Source: Piromyces finnis finn (lineage: Eukaryota > Fungi > Neocallimastigomycota). Taken from it: 64,000 nucleotides of DNA. Shown here one piece after another: positions 1 through 16,172 of this stretch. The stretch is from the NCBI GenBank assembly GCA_002104945.1, contig MCFH01000010.1, positions 1,116,001 to 1,180,000 on the forward strand, in the 5' to 3' direction. The notes below the pieces were generated by a model, which was not told where the DNA came from, did no database searches, and saw only the letters and a list, made by a program, of their open reading frames with translations. Every line of letters begins with the position of its first letter. Positions within the stretch are counted from its first letter, which is position 1. Both the position numbers and the translations under genes were made by a program.

Positions 1-1235
1 TATACAGATATATAAATATACATATAATATAAAGTATAAGAAATATATATATATAGAAAAGAGATAGAAAAAGTATACAAAAGAATGTTAGTAGAAAAGA
101 GATTCCTTGGAAAATCTAGAGTTACAAAAAAATAAGAAATAAAAAAAGATATTACTAGAATCATATAAAATCATAAAGGAAAAATAAAAAAGCCGCGCCC
201 CTCGAAAATAATAAAAATAGAAAAAATAAAAGATTAAATATGATTATAGTAATGAAAGCTGCACCCCACAAGAAACTCAAGAATAAATGAAAGGAATAAC
301 CAACTAACTGAAAAAACAAAACTATCTGACTAATCAACATATAAAGAATAAAAAAGGAATAAAAGAACAAAGAGAATAAGTAGTAAACTGGGATAACAAA
401 TTATCGATGAAAGCTAAAATAAAAATGAAATCAAGAAATATTCAAAATCAGTATTTAATACTACCGAATCAAACAATTTTAAGTTTAAAATAATATGTTA
501 TAAAAGTTGTTAAAGCAACTACTATCTAAAAAATAAGTTGAAGGTGTAAGGGATATATGATATAACAACTAACACTCAAATTATCAACTCTGTTCGCTCA
601 GTACCATGAGCTTAGTCCTAATAATATTTCCAAATAAAGACTAACCAAGTATCCATTGCGCAATACTTGGATTTAATTCTTCCTACTCTCTCAGTACCAT
701 GAGCATGAGTAGACCCCCTTGAGAAACTACATTTATTAAATAAATGAAGGCACGTAAAATCATATAATATAAAAATTCTTATTATCAAATACTATAACAT
801 ATCTTTTCATATTATATTGAAATTATTATTTGTTAAGTTTTGAGTTATTTAATTATTTATATTTATATTTATATTTATATTTATTAATAATGTTTTGAAA
901 TAGAAAAGAAAAAAAAAAAAAAAAAGATTTATATATTCTTTATTAATATACTTTTATTTTTTTTTTTTTTTTTTTTCGATTTTTTGTTTTGCTTTGTTTT
1001 TTTTTTTTTTAAAATTAAGTATTTTTCTATACTACATATCAATATATATTTTAATTAGAGATTTTTAATTCAATAATAATTAATAAATTAATATAAAAAA
1101 ATATTTTTCTTTCCATCTTTTAACATTTTTAAATTATAACTAGTAAATTAATTTAACTATAATAATAAAAAAAAAAAAAAAAAAAAAAAAACATTAAAGT
1201 TTTTAAATATTAAATAAAAAAAAATTCTAAAACAT

Positions 1236-4445
<3,210 letters not shown>

Positions 4446-5636
4446 ATGAAATTTATATATTTAGATAATCTACCAATTAATAATAAAATTCTTCTTATTC
4501 TAAAAAATGGTAACTATTAGTATATATCATTTATTATTATTGATTGCAGCATGTAATGAATTAAAATCTATATTTACTATATAAAATTTTCAAAAGCTCA
4601 ATATGAAACATGTACAGATATATTATTAGATTCAGAAAATAAAATTAAAGCGAAAACAAAATTAGAAACAGAAGATATTCAATCTTTATTAGTTCTTATT
4701 TCAAAAACTATATATACTGAAAATCCGAAATCAGCTTTGGAAATTAGAAATGAAAATCAAATTGAAAAACTCTCATTAGGAGACAAAATTTTAAATAAAG
4801 TACTCGGGGGAGGTCTCCCAACTAAAAGTGGAATAATAGAGATTGTAGGGGAAAGTGCAGTGGGGAAATCTCAACTAGCTTTACAATTATGTTTAATGGT
4901 TCAATTACCAAAACATTTAGGTGGTCTTAAAGGAGGTAAATACGGAAAATAATATAACATTCCAAAATATTTTAAAATAATAATTTTGTATATTAATTTT
5001 ACTGTCTATTTATTTAATGCAATAGATGCTTTATATTTAACAACAGAAACATTTTACAGTAACAGGCTTGAAACTTTAAAATATTATTTTATGTTAAAAT
5101 ATGGAAAATACTTTGAATATGATCCCTGCCAACATATTTTTGTTGAAACTTTAATTGATTTAGAAATGCAACAGCATTATCTTTATTATTATCTTCCAAA
5201 TATTTTAGAAAAATTACCTAATATTAGATTAATAATAATTGATTCAATTGCTTTTAATTTTAGAGGGGAAAATAATATATTATCATTTCAAGAAAGAGCA
5301 AAAATTCTAACAGAAATCGCTGTTCGTTTAAAGGAAATAAGTGATAAAAAAAATTTAATTGTAATTTGTATAAATCAAGTATCTGATTATATTAATGATA
5401 ATAATAATAAATTATCAAATGAAAAAGTTCCAACATTAGGTTTAACTTGGTCAAATTGTATTAATATGAGAATCGAACTATCTAGAAATAGTATTAATTA
5501 TACTGATAATGACGAATTTGTTCATAAAACACAACCTGAAATAGAAAGAATTTTGAAAGTGATTCATTCTTCGTATATGCCCTATTCAAAGTGTAAATTT
5601 ATTATTAGAGATGATGGAATAAAAGGGATTATATAG
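4446..5636 (+). CDS. XRCC3: RAD51 paralog, XRCC3/Rad57-like, 3 exons
   Basis: LSLGDKILNKVLGGGLP, Walker A GESAVGKSQLALQLCLMVQLP..LGGL, Walker B LIIIDSIA, NQV and LGLTWSNCINMRIEL. This follows the XRCC3 pattern. Introns at about 4510-4597 and 4937-5024. The start ATG at 4446 is inferred. Confidence 0.85.
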
Positions 5637-6055
5637 ATTAGATATGAATGTAAAAGAAATTTATTAGAAGTTGTAATTTTATGGATAAATAATTCTAAAT
5701 ATTAAAATGTTTTTAAAATATGTATTATTACAAATTACCTTATTTTAAAATAAATATGATATTTAAAATTGAAAAATAAAATTCAATTATTATAAGTTAT
5801 AAAATCTATATTAGTTTGGATTAAAAAATAAAATTGAAATATGTTATAATTTTGCTTTTTATTTATCAATATTATTATTCTTCATCATTATTTAAACACT
5901 TAAAAAAAAATAATATAATATCAGTTGGTTTTCCCTTTTAAACTTATATATATTATTATTTTGATATATTTGGTTTATAATATTATATTATTAATTATCT
6001 TGTTTTGTTTTTAGCGCTATATTATTATTAATTAATTATTTAGTTAATCAATTTT

Positions 6056-6122
<67 letters not shown>

Positions 6123-6124
6123 TT
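6056..6124. repeat. (TTTA)n microsatellite, intergenic
   Basis: Directly visible tetranucleotide run. Confidence 0.9.
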
Positions 6125-6742
6125 ATTACTATTATTATTACCCAATTATTTTAAAAAAAAATTAATATCTTTAAATTTATAAATAAAATGAATAAAACAA
6201 AGATAGATGTTAATTAATGTTAATTAAAGTAAATTTATGAAATAACTATATACTTAATTTTATAATTTTATACTAAATAAAATATTAAATAAACAATTCA
6301 AATTTTATATATAATTATTAAAAAAATAATAATAATAAAATAAATGATTAGTATAAATTATATAATTGGGATTAATGTTAATTTAATAATAATAAATTAT
6401 AAATTATAAATTCAAATCATATTTATTTTTTATTCCTTAAATGTGAAAAAGTTATATTTACAAGAATAATAAACTAATCAAAATTTAATTATATCTTCTA
6501 TTTTTACTTGATTATTTAATAAATTAATTATTATATACTAATAAATCTTATATTATTTTCTTTTATATTTTTTATATTTACAAATTTTTAATGACCCATT
6601 TTTAAAATTATAAAAATAATTCAAAAAAAAAAATATATATATATATATTATATCAAAATTAGTATTATAATAAAACAAGAAATAATATAATAATTATTGA
6701 TATAATTAATATATACTAATAATAATATAGTATCTAATAAAA

Positions 6743-8903
6743 ATGTCTCAACCAAATAAGCAACCAAATTATGCACAATTACAACATCTCTCTCTTCAAC
6801 GACAATTATTACTCCAACAACAGCAACAACAAGCTCAGACAGTTCAAAATCAAACACAAAATCAACTTTCTTTACAATACCTCCCTCAAAATTTAGCAAT
6901 TCAATCACAGTCAAATCAATTAAATGGTGCAACATTGCAATTATTACAGCAACGACAACAATTGGCTGCTGTACAACAACAACAATATATGTCAAAACCA
7001 AATTATATAGCGCAAAATCAAATCAATATAGCAAATTTACAAGCTCAAAAGCTATATCAGCAAAAGCAACAACAACAACAACAACGACAGCAACAACAGC
7101 AGCAACAAGTCCTTAATAGACAAGATAATTCACTACAACTTCAAAAAAATCAAAATTTAGCATTAACTATTATAAATGAATTAAAAAATGTAACAACTAG
7201 TCTTCAACAACCAAATCTTTCAGAAATTCAAAAGCAAGAATTATTTAAAAAAAAAAGTAGTTTAGAGGAAGTTATTGTTAAAATTAGATTGATACAGCAA
7301 CAACAAAAAGAAAAGCAAATGCAATTTCAAATGCTACAACAATCACGTCCTCAGCAACAACAGCAACAACTTGCAAATATTTATCAGCAAGGATTGGCCT
7401 CATCTTCTAATCCAAATAATATAACGCAATTAACCCAGCAAGCTCAGCAAGCTCAATTTTTATCAAACATAGCAAATAACCCGGCACTTCTAAGACAGCA
7501 GCAACAAATAAGATTACAAAAGCAACAAACATCGAATATGATAAATTCAACAAATATAAATAGTATTCCACTGCAAGCTTCAGTTTCTAATACTTCTGTT
7601 ATACCCACATCCTCGACTTTATCATCAGTAACACCAAATCTTCCAGCTACTTCAAAAATAGCCATACCATTAACTCAAACAAAAATTGAACAAAAAGCCA
7701 GTACACCAACAATATCTATTAGTAATATGTCATCAATTTCTAATGAAGTTCTTAATAATAAATCAAATATAACAGTGAATATGAGTCAAATTAATAATAT
7801 TAATACATCTTCAACTCCAAACTTTGCCCCTAAAAGTACAATTGCAACGCCTAAACAAGAAATAACAATAAGTTCTAATTTAAATCTTAAAACTGCAACA
7901 ATTTCAAATAATAATATTAATAATTTAGATAAACTAAGTACAAAAGTGAAAACTACTACAGAAACATCAGTATCATTAAATGCTACAACAACAGCTTCAA
8001 ATAAAAAAGAATCACCAATTCAGAAGCAAGCTGAACTTCTTAAAACTCAGCAACAACAGCTATCACCTATATTAAACAAAAAAAAGGAATCAGTAATTTC
8101 TTCAACCATAACTAAAGAAGCATTAAATAGCCCATATTTAAATAAAGCTAATGTAAATACAGTTGCATCATCATTAATAACAAATACACCTAAAGTAACA
8201 TTACAAAAATCATTTTCACCATTAGGTAAACCTACAACAAGCATAATATCCCCGGCTAACAGTATAAAAACAGCAAAAACACCAACTCAGGCACCTAATG
8301 AAATATCAACTAATATACCAACGAAAATAATGACAGAAGTCAAAAAAACTCAAACACCAACAAGCATTAATAATATAAGTGTCCCTAGTCCATTAGTTAA
8401 TTTAGCAAATTCAAGATTAATCAATAATGGAACTAATATTTCAGTAGTTCAAACTGCACAAACAACTAATTCATTATCTAATAATGATATTAAAAAAGAT
8501 TCAACTAATTTTTCTGGTCAAATAACACCAACTAACTCAATTAATCAAAATTTTTCACCCATTGGAAAACCAACATTTGATCCTAGATTAATTAATAATA
8601 AAAGTACACCTCAGACTAACTCTGAAACAACATCAAATAAATATTTCTCACCAAAAATAAATTCTAACTTATCAAACAGTGTTTCATCTGTCAACTCAAA
8701 TCCTTCAGTTATTAATCAACAATCTTTATTAGTTAAAAATAATATACAGCTTGATACTAATAAAAGAGCTCCATATAACAATATTGCTGACATAAAAAAT
8801 AATAATAATAATAACTCCATGATGATTAATAATAATGGTTTAAAAGGTATATAAAAATATTGGGTTTAATTAATTAAAATATATTAAGAGAAAATGTTTT
8901 AAA

Positions 8904-8973
<70 letters not shown>

Positions 8974-9838
8974 AGTTTTAGAATCATTGAAACAATATGG
9001 CACATTTACAAACATTATTCATCCAAAATCACCATTTCAATCAACAAAAATTTTTACAGAAGTATCATCAACTAATAGTATTACAGGACCAGCTTTAAAA
9101 ATTAGTGGAAAATTATTAGAAAAAAGAAAAAGAGAAGAAAAGTTTCATGATATGGTAATAAATTCTAACGTATCAACAAAAAAAAGAAATATTAAACAAT
9201 TAGTAAATGAAGTATCAGAAAAAGAAAAACTTAGTGGTTATACAGAGCAAGTAAGTTGTTGCTATTAAAAAATTAATGCATGTCATTTTTAATCAATTAA
9301 ATATCAATTAATAAAAATATAGGTGTTATTTGAAATAGCTGATGATTTAATTGATCAAATGACATTATTTGCATCAAAAATAGCGAAGCATCGTAATTCA
9401 ACAAAAATAGAAGCGAAGGATGTACAACTCTCATTAGGTATTTTATTAATTAATTAAATTTATATAATTAATATTAATCAACAACTAGTACTATATTCGT
9501 TTTTAAATAAATATAACAATAATATGTATAATGCTCATTAGTTTTTATTATTGTTGTTATTATTGTTATTTTTAAAAGAACGCATTTGGAACATGAAATT
9601 ACCAGGTGTTGATATTCAAAAGAATAATTCAAAAAAATCAAATATTTCCAATATATTTCAACAAAAAGTTAATCATGTTCGTAAAGATATGCGTGATAGA
9701 AATTTATTAAAAGAAATGCATATACAGGAAGAACAAAGAAAGCAAAAAGAAATAGAAAGAATTGAAAAAGAAAAACAAAATACTAGTGAAAATGCTACAC
9801 CTGTTGCTACACCAAATACTACACCAAAAGCATTATAA
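6743..9838 (+). CDS. TAF12: TFIID/SAGA subunit TAF12 with long Q/S/T/N-rich N-terminus and C-terminal histone fold, 4 exons
   Basis: The spliced C-terminus reads KRNIKQLVNEVSEKEKLSGYTEQ|VLFEIADDLIDQMTLFASKIAKHRNSTKIEAKDVQLSL|ERIWNMKLPG, the TAF12 histone fold. It is joined to the 703-aa Q-rich ORF through an intron at about 8848-8981. Confidence 0.88.
8905..8972. repeat. (TTA)n microsatellite in a TAF12 intron
   Basis: Directly visible, near the acceptor. Confidence 0.95.
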
Positions 9839-10258
9839 TCTTTTTTTTTTTTTTCTGCTTATATATTAAACCATATTACTATATATATATATAATACATT
9901 AAAATACTATTATTAATTATACAATTATTTAAGAAATTAAAATTAATGTTTATAAATTAATAAATATATAAACCCTTTTATTTGCTTCTTTTAAACTTTT
10001 TATATTTAATAAGTATGCAAATTTTATACAAAACATTCTTTGGCAGATGAAAAGCATTAAAGAATTATAAAAAAAAAAAAGATACAAATTTTTTTTTTTT
10101 TTTGGCTATTATTATATGTAAATTATTAAAAAAGTAAAAAGCATATAATCAATATTCTTTACTATTTAATTTAATATATATACTTCATAATTTTTATCAT
10201 TAAATATAAAAAAAAATTAATATATTATATTAATAATATATTTAAATATAATGAGTTT

Positions 10259-10528
10259 TGTGAAATAAATTTAATTAATAAATAATTTTATTAATAAGGT
10301 TAACAAAGAGAAAAAGTTACATTGTAAATATTACAGTTATATAATGAGATGTAAGGTCATGTGACCATAAAAAAATAAAATAAAATAAATAAAAATAACT
10401 TTCTCTACAACACGTAGACATTACGTTTACAACACTTTTAATACATGTTTATGTTTTTATAAAATAGTCACGTGTGTAATAAATATATGATATAGATAAA
10501 TAAAATTATGTGTCCATAAATGTTCACA
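10259..10528 (-). repeat. 3' LTR of the copia element (270 bp)
   Basis: Direct repeat of 15904-16172, immediately preceded on the minus strand by the PPT. Confidence 0.97.
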
Positions 10529-10537
10529 CTCCCCCTC
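10529..10537 (-). other. Polypurine tract GAGGGGGAG
   Basis: Purine run abutting the TG start of the 3' LTR. Confidence 0.9.
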
Positions 10538-10540
10538 AAA

Positions 10541-13500
10541 TTAGATTTTCTTTAAGAATATCTTATTTGTATAATCAAACATTCTTGGACCAGGTAGATC
10601 TTTAGTTAGAGGGTCAGCTAACATTTCTTTAGTATTTACATATTCGATTTTTATATTGTTCTTTTCTATGTTGTCAATAATGAAGTGGTAGTGTATATTT
10701 ATGTGTTTTAACTTTGTGTTTATTTCACCGTTTTCTATTATTTTCTTGCTTGCTTTGTTGTCGGTGAATAAAGTTATATTTTTGTTGTAATTAAAAATTT
10801 CGTCCACCATGTTTTTGATCCATAAGATTTTCTTCGTATTCATGGACGTACTAATGTACTCAGCCTCAGCGGTAGATGTTGCCACACAAGTTTGTTTCTT
10901 GGATAACCAGCATATTGGGCTATTTCCCATTAGGATTATCCCTCCAGAGGTAGATTTAAAGTCTTCTGCGCCTCCGTAGTCCGAATCAGTGTATCCTTGT
11001 ATTTTTCCTTCTCCACTGTATTCGATTTTGTAATGTTTGGTAGTAGATATGTATCTGAAAATATTTACAATTGTATTTCAGTCAGATACTGTTGGATTTT
11101 CAGATTTTCTTGCAGCTTTGTTTACTGCAAACGCTATATCCGGTCTTGTACATTTTGACAGATATATTAATGCACCTATTGCACTTTTATATTTTGTTTT
11201 ATCAAATTGGTTATTATTTGAGGTGTTCTTGTCGGTTGTTGTACATGGCGTATTTCTTCTACGTACGTTTTCCATATGAAATCTTTGTAATACATTATTA
11301 ATGTAATTCTCTTGGGAAATAATGTATTTGGATCCTTTCTTTTCAATCTTTATTCCTAGAATGTAACTAATAGGGCCGCTATTTGATATTTTAAATCTAC
11401 TTTTAATTTTGCTTATTACTCTCTCTATTGTATTTGTTTTTCCAATTATAACCATGTCGTCTACATATAGACCAATTATACATTTTACGTATTTATTTTC
11501 TTTTAACGTATAAATACATGGTTCGGATTTTAATGGTTTAAAGTTATTATTTTTCAGGAATTTATCTATTGTTTTATTCCATTGTCTTCCTGATTGTTTT
11601 AAACCATAGAGAGCTTTATTCAGCTTCCAGTATCCTCCCCCAAAGTTGCTATCTCCAAGCGGAATTGTGGTATAAATATCTGTATCCAATGGAGCATTGA
11701 GGTAGGCAGCTTTTATATCAAGCTGATATATATCCCACTTAAATTTTGCAGCAATAGCAATAATAAATTTTAGACTGTCAATATTTAATGTAGGGGAATA
11801 GGTTAAGTCAAAATCAATACCTTGTTTTTGACGGAAACCTCTAGCGACAAGTCTAGCTTTAAAACGTACAATATTATTATTGCTGTCCCTTTTAACAGCA
11901 AAAACCCATTTGGTAGATATAATATTCTTGTTTTTTGGGATATTTTTAACCAGGGACATAATTTTGTTAGAATATAAATTATTTAATTCATCTTGAATGG
12001 CTGCTTTCCAATATTTAGAATTCGTACAAGACATAGCTTCTTTGTACGTAGTGGGAGCATCAGTAAAAACGGTAGCTATAAATTTGTTTTTGTGCTTCTT
12101 AGGAGTACTGGAATTATTCAGAGAGGTAGGACTGCAAGGCCTTTTTCTTTCAGGATGGTAGGAATCATCAGATTTATCGGCCATGATATCATCCATGATA
12201 TCATTTTCATCTTCCAAGTTTGGATCAGGATCATCCATAGATTTATTGTCATCTGAAATATAAGAATGGGAATCACGTGTCATATCAGGAGAATCAGAAA
12301 TTTTTGAATTTAAATTTTTAGTATCATTAATGTGAATATTATCAGAGTAGGAAGAATTATCCTGTGTAACGTTAGAATTTTTGCTAGAATTATGACGTGG
12401 ATTATTTGGTTTATCATCCAATAGAATGTCTTCATTTTTAATTTGAATTTTTGAAAAATTTTTATTAATAAAATTTTTTTCACTATGATCAGTATTAGGA
12501 TATTCAGTAGTATTTTCACCAGTATTTTTGGTAATATTTCGTTACAATAGGAAATATTTTCGGTGGTAGAATATTCAGTAGGAGAATTTTTATAATATTC
12601 AGGATTTTTAATGATTTCATTTTTGTTTTTGTCGGCAAGAGTATTACCATAACAAACGTAATCAGGACCAGGAGTTACAGGATATTGGTATTTATTATTT
12701 TCGTCAATATTATTAGAAATTTTGTAATTTTTCTTTTCGAAATTGCAATTGTCATTTGCAATTTCTTCTAAAACTTTTAAAATGTCATTTGTAAATTTAT
12801 TTTTATTAAATTTCGAATTTGAATTATTATTTTTGTTATTGGTTTGAGTGTCGCTTTTTAAATTACTGTTTAAATTGTTTTTTGAATTTTCTTCAATTTT
12901 GGAATTAATATTAGTCCTTATATTAGTTTCTTCTTTTTCTTTGGTAGTTATCTCTTCGTCTTTATATTTGGTATTTTCATAAGCTGGGTCCTCGTCCATA
13001 TTGTTGTTATTACCTTCTTCAACCATTTCTTCTTCTACTTCTTCTTTTTCTATTTCTTCTTCATCATTATTATTGGAGTGGATATTCACCATTTTCTTGG
13101 AAGTAGTCCTTTCTGTGTTATTATTTTCTTTATTTATGATTGAATTTGTATCCGTATTGTTGTTGTTCTTTGATGATTCTGAGGGGTCCTTTCTGTCGTA
13201 ATTATTGATATTATATGAATCATTGAAAGAGAAATACGGATCGTTTATATTTTTATTTTTATAATTATAATGTGCCGGCTTATCTTCACAGCATTCTATT
13301 TCCCTAGAATAGTGGATTTTAAGTTTATCACCACATATCTTCATGACGATATATGAGTGATGTGCTTCACTGAACCCAAGAAATATTCCTTCCTTCGAGT
13401 TAGGCGCGAATTTTGACTTTTTAAGAGAATAGTCCTTAAAGTAGCATATGCATCCAAATACCTTTAGGTATTTTAGATCGGCTTCCTCGTTCGTAAACAC

Positions 13501-15819
13501 TTCATCAGGAATTAAGTTATCGTTTCCTTGGTGTGGTATTTTGTTGTAAATATAACAAGAATATTTAACAGCAAAACTCCAAAAGTCTTCAGATAATTTA
13601 GCCCAATATAAAAGCGTTTTAGCAGAATTTTGAATTGTTTGGTTTATTCTTTCTGCTTTACCATTTAATTCATGTATGTAAGGAGGTGAATTTATCTTAG
13701 ATATACCGTTTTCCTTACAATATTTTATAACTTTACTACTATTATACTCTTTTGCACCATCTGTCTTGAATGTTTTGACTTTATATTTGTCAAAAGTATT
13801 ATTGGCATTCTTTAGGAATTCAATAATAATGTCCGGTGCCTCAGACCTTGACTTGAGAGTATAAATCCAGAGTTTTCTTGAGTATTCATCCAGCATAGTC
13901 ATAAAATACTTCTTATTATTGACGGATGAATTAAACGGGCCTGAAATATCGGAGTGAATAGTCTCTGGAACTCTTCCGGCTTTGGGTACAGTTTTGTTAT
14001 GTGGAGACTTCTTCATTTTAGATATTTTACAGTCTAGGCAAGGAGTTACTTTAATTTTATGTTGTTTTAGGTATTTCTTCAGATCCTTCTGGTAGAAATG
14101 GCCTAATCTCTTATGCCATATACCTAAATCATCTTCAAAATTTGCAATAAATGGTTCATTTATCTTTTTATCAATGTTTATGAGCTTAATTTTAAATTGG
14201 TTTAATTCATTTGAATACGTTTGCATTATATTTTTATTTTCAGAGTCCTTGAAAATAAGCCTGACTTTTCCATCATCAGTAATATCTATAATGCTTCTTA
14301 AACCAACTTTAGCAAGTCCTACACCACTAATTAAATTCTTGCTAACTTTGTCTGAGTACAAAACTTTTTCTAACTTGTAAGTTTTGTTTTTTACCTTAAA
14401 CTCATATGAACCATAACCACTAAATTCACATGTAGTTCCATTTGCACATCTAAGTTGAATGTGCTCTTCTGTGAAGTTCTCTAGAATGTCCTTATTATTA
14501 ACGATATGTTCGGCGGCACCAGTATCATAGAACCATTCGTCGTATTTATTTTCTCCATACACATAATCTATATCCTTTGTGTTAGGAGTGTCTTCCTCTG
14601 TAACTTCATCCTTTTCAATTAGGTAGATATTTCTTTCTGTCAGAGGTCTGATATCTTCGAATTCTACGTTAATTCCATAATTTTCATTATCGTCATAGTC
14701 TTCGACGAAATCTACTTCTTGTTCGAATTTCTTTTGTTGTTTTTTCTTGTGAACTTGCCTCCCTTGTTGTGAATTTCTCTTTTGTTTACTTTGGTTAAAG
14801 GCCCTGTTGTTGTTTTTTCTTTGGTCCCTTTCCATTTTGGCCTTTTGGTTGTATTCACACATTTCGGTAGAGTGTCCATGTTCACAACAGATATGGCAGT
14901 AGGTACGGTGGCTTCTGTTTATATTTCTTCTATTACCGTAGCTTTTATTCTTTGTTGATTTGTTTTCTCTACTAACAAAATCAACATCCATTGGATCATC
15001 AACTTCGTCATCTTCATCTTGGTCGTTGTTGGTCCAATCTTCGAAGTAGGATTTGGCGTTGATATAACTTTTGACCTTCTCATAGAGCTGATCATAAGTT
15101 TCATCTAAGGTTACACTTACTTGGTTCTTGACACTTCTTGGAAGGGAATTGTACATATATTTTAGTTTTTCCCTTTCACTTAAGGACATTTTTAATTCAG
15201 ACATCTCAAGGAAGATTTCCTTGATTTTATCGATTGTTTTACTGACTTTGCTTACATCTTCTGTATGTAATTTTCTTAACTTCTTTAGCCAGTATTCAAT
15301 GTCTGCATTGGCGTTACCGTATTTTGTATTCAACTTTTTGAATACTTGGTAACTATTGGAACTATGACCAATCTCTCTGAGGATCTTCTCATCCACATTT
15401 TGAATGATCATAAGGTAAGTATCAGCATTTAGCTTTTCAGCCGCTGATATAATCTCGGCCTTATAAATTGACAAGTTTGCCAATTTATTGGCGGCTACAA
15501 CATTGTTATTAATGTTGCTGCTTGTATTGGCGTCCTCCCCCGTAGTCTTAATGAGGGTTTTATAAACAGACGCAAGATTGCTGTTAGGACGGTAGTCCGC
15601 GGCTTCAGCAATAATCCTCATAATAGCCATATTATATTCATCTTTGAGATTAAGGTTTATCTCAAAGTTGTTGTCTTTAATGGTTCCAACTATGTCTTGT
15701 TCAAGGTAGCTAGTTAGACCCTGTCTAGTGGCGGCTGCCTTGATTAAAAGACTCCAAGTATCAAAGTTGGACTTTCCATGAAGACGTTGGTCATTGGCTA
15801 AAATGAATTGTTGGGACAT
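10541..15819 (-). pseudogene. Copia gag-pol polyprotein with one frameshift (~12538) and one in-frame TGA (11078-11080)
   Basis: Zn knuckle CHICCEHGHSTEMC, protease YDTGAAEH, integrase HKRLGH..CLDC, HSDISGP, TDGAKEY and GKAERIN, RT ARLVARGF, QLDIKAAYLN and LYVDDM, RNase H YTDSDY, AEAEY, TDNK and LADPLTK. Confidence 0.93.
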
Positions 15820-15889
15820 ATTAAAATTTTTAATACACAAAATTTTGTTTTAAATTTTTCTTAAGAAATTTTTATTATTGATTAGAGTT

Positions 15890-15903
15890 TGAGACTCTTA
15901 ATC
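15890..15903 (-). other. Primer-binding site GATTAAGAGTCTCA, complementary to the tRNA-Lys(CUU) anticodon arm
   Basis: Abuts the 5' LTR with no spacer. The plus strand reads TGAGACTCTTAATC, the anticodon stem-loop of eukaryotic tRNA-Lys(CUU) as recalled from the human sequence. Confidence 0.8.
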
Positions 15904-16172
15904 TGTGAAATAAATTTAATTAATAAATAATTTTATTAATAAGGTTAACAAAGAGAAAAAGTTACATTGTAAATATTACAGTTATATAATGAGATGTAAG
16001 GTCATGTGACCATAAAAAATAAAATAAAATAAATAAAAATAACTTTCTCTACAACACGTAGACATTACGTTTACAACACTTTTAATACATGTTTATGTTT
16101 TTATAAAATAGTCACGTGTGTAATAAATATATGATATAGATAAATAAAATTATGTGTCCATAAATGTTCACA
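15904..16172 (-). repeat. 5' LTR of the copia element (269 bp)
   Basis: Identical to 10259-10528 except for one A in a homopolymer (A6 versus A7). TG...CA ends. Confidence 0.97.

Larger units (their letters stand above)
10259..16172 (-). mobile_element. Full-length Ty1/copia LTR retrotransposon
   Basis: Two LTRs with TGTGAA...TTCACA termini, TSD AGTTT (10254-10258 and 16173-16177), PBS, PPT, and domain order gag-PR-IN-RT-RH. Confidence 0.98.

Noticed and set aside
161-370. 69-aa Phe/Leu-rich ORF
   Set aside because: Compositional artefact of an A-rich plus strand.
11078-11080. TGA as Trp (alternative genetic code)
   Set aside because: Host genes here use TGG for Trp and none shows an in-frame TGA; the LINE A1 ORF ends in TGA.
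12310-12545. Programmed frameshift between IN and RT of the copia element
   Set aside because: No recognisable slippery heptamer and an atypical position. A single A loss in a homopolymer explains it.
6648-14380. Short antisense or overlapping ORFs (6648, 7453, 8047, 11037, 11071, 11993, 13001, 14174 and similar at 48456, 60036, 63687)
   Set aside because: Shadows of real coding sequence on the other strand or frame.
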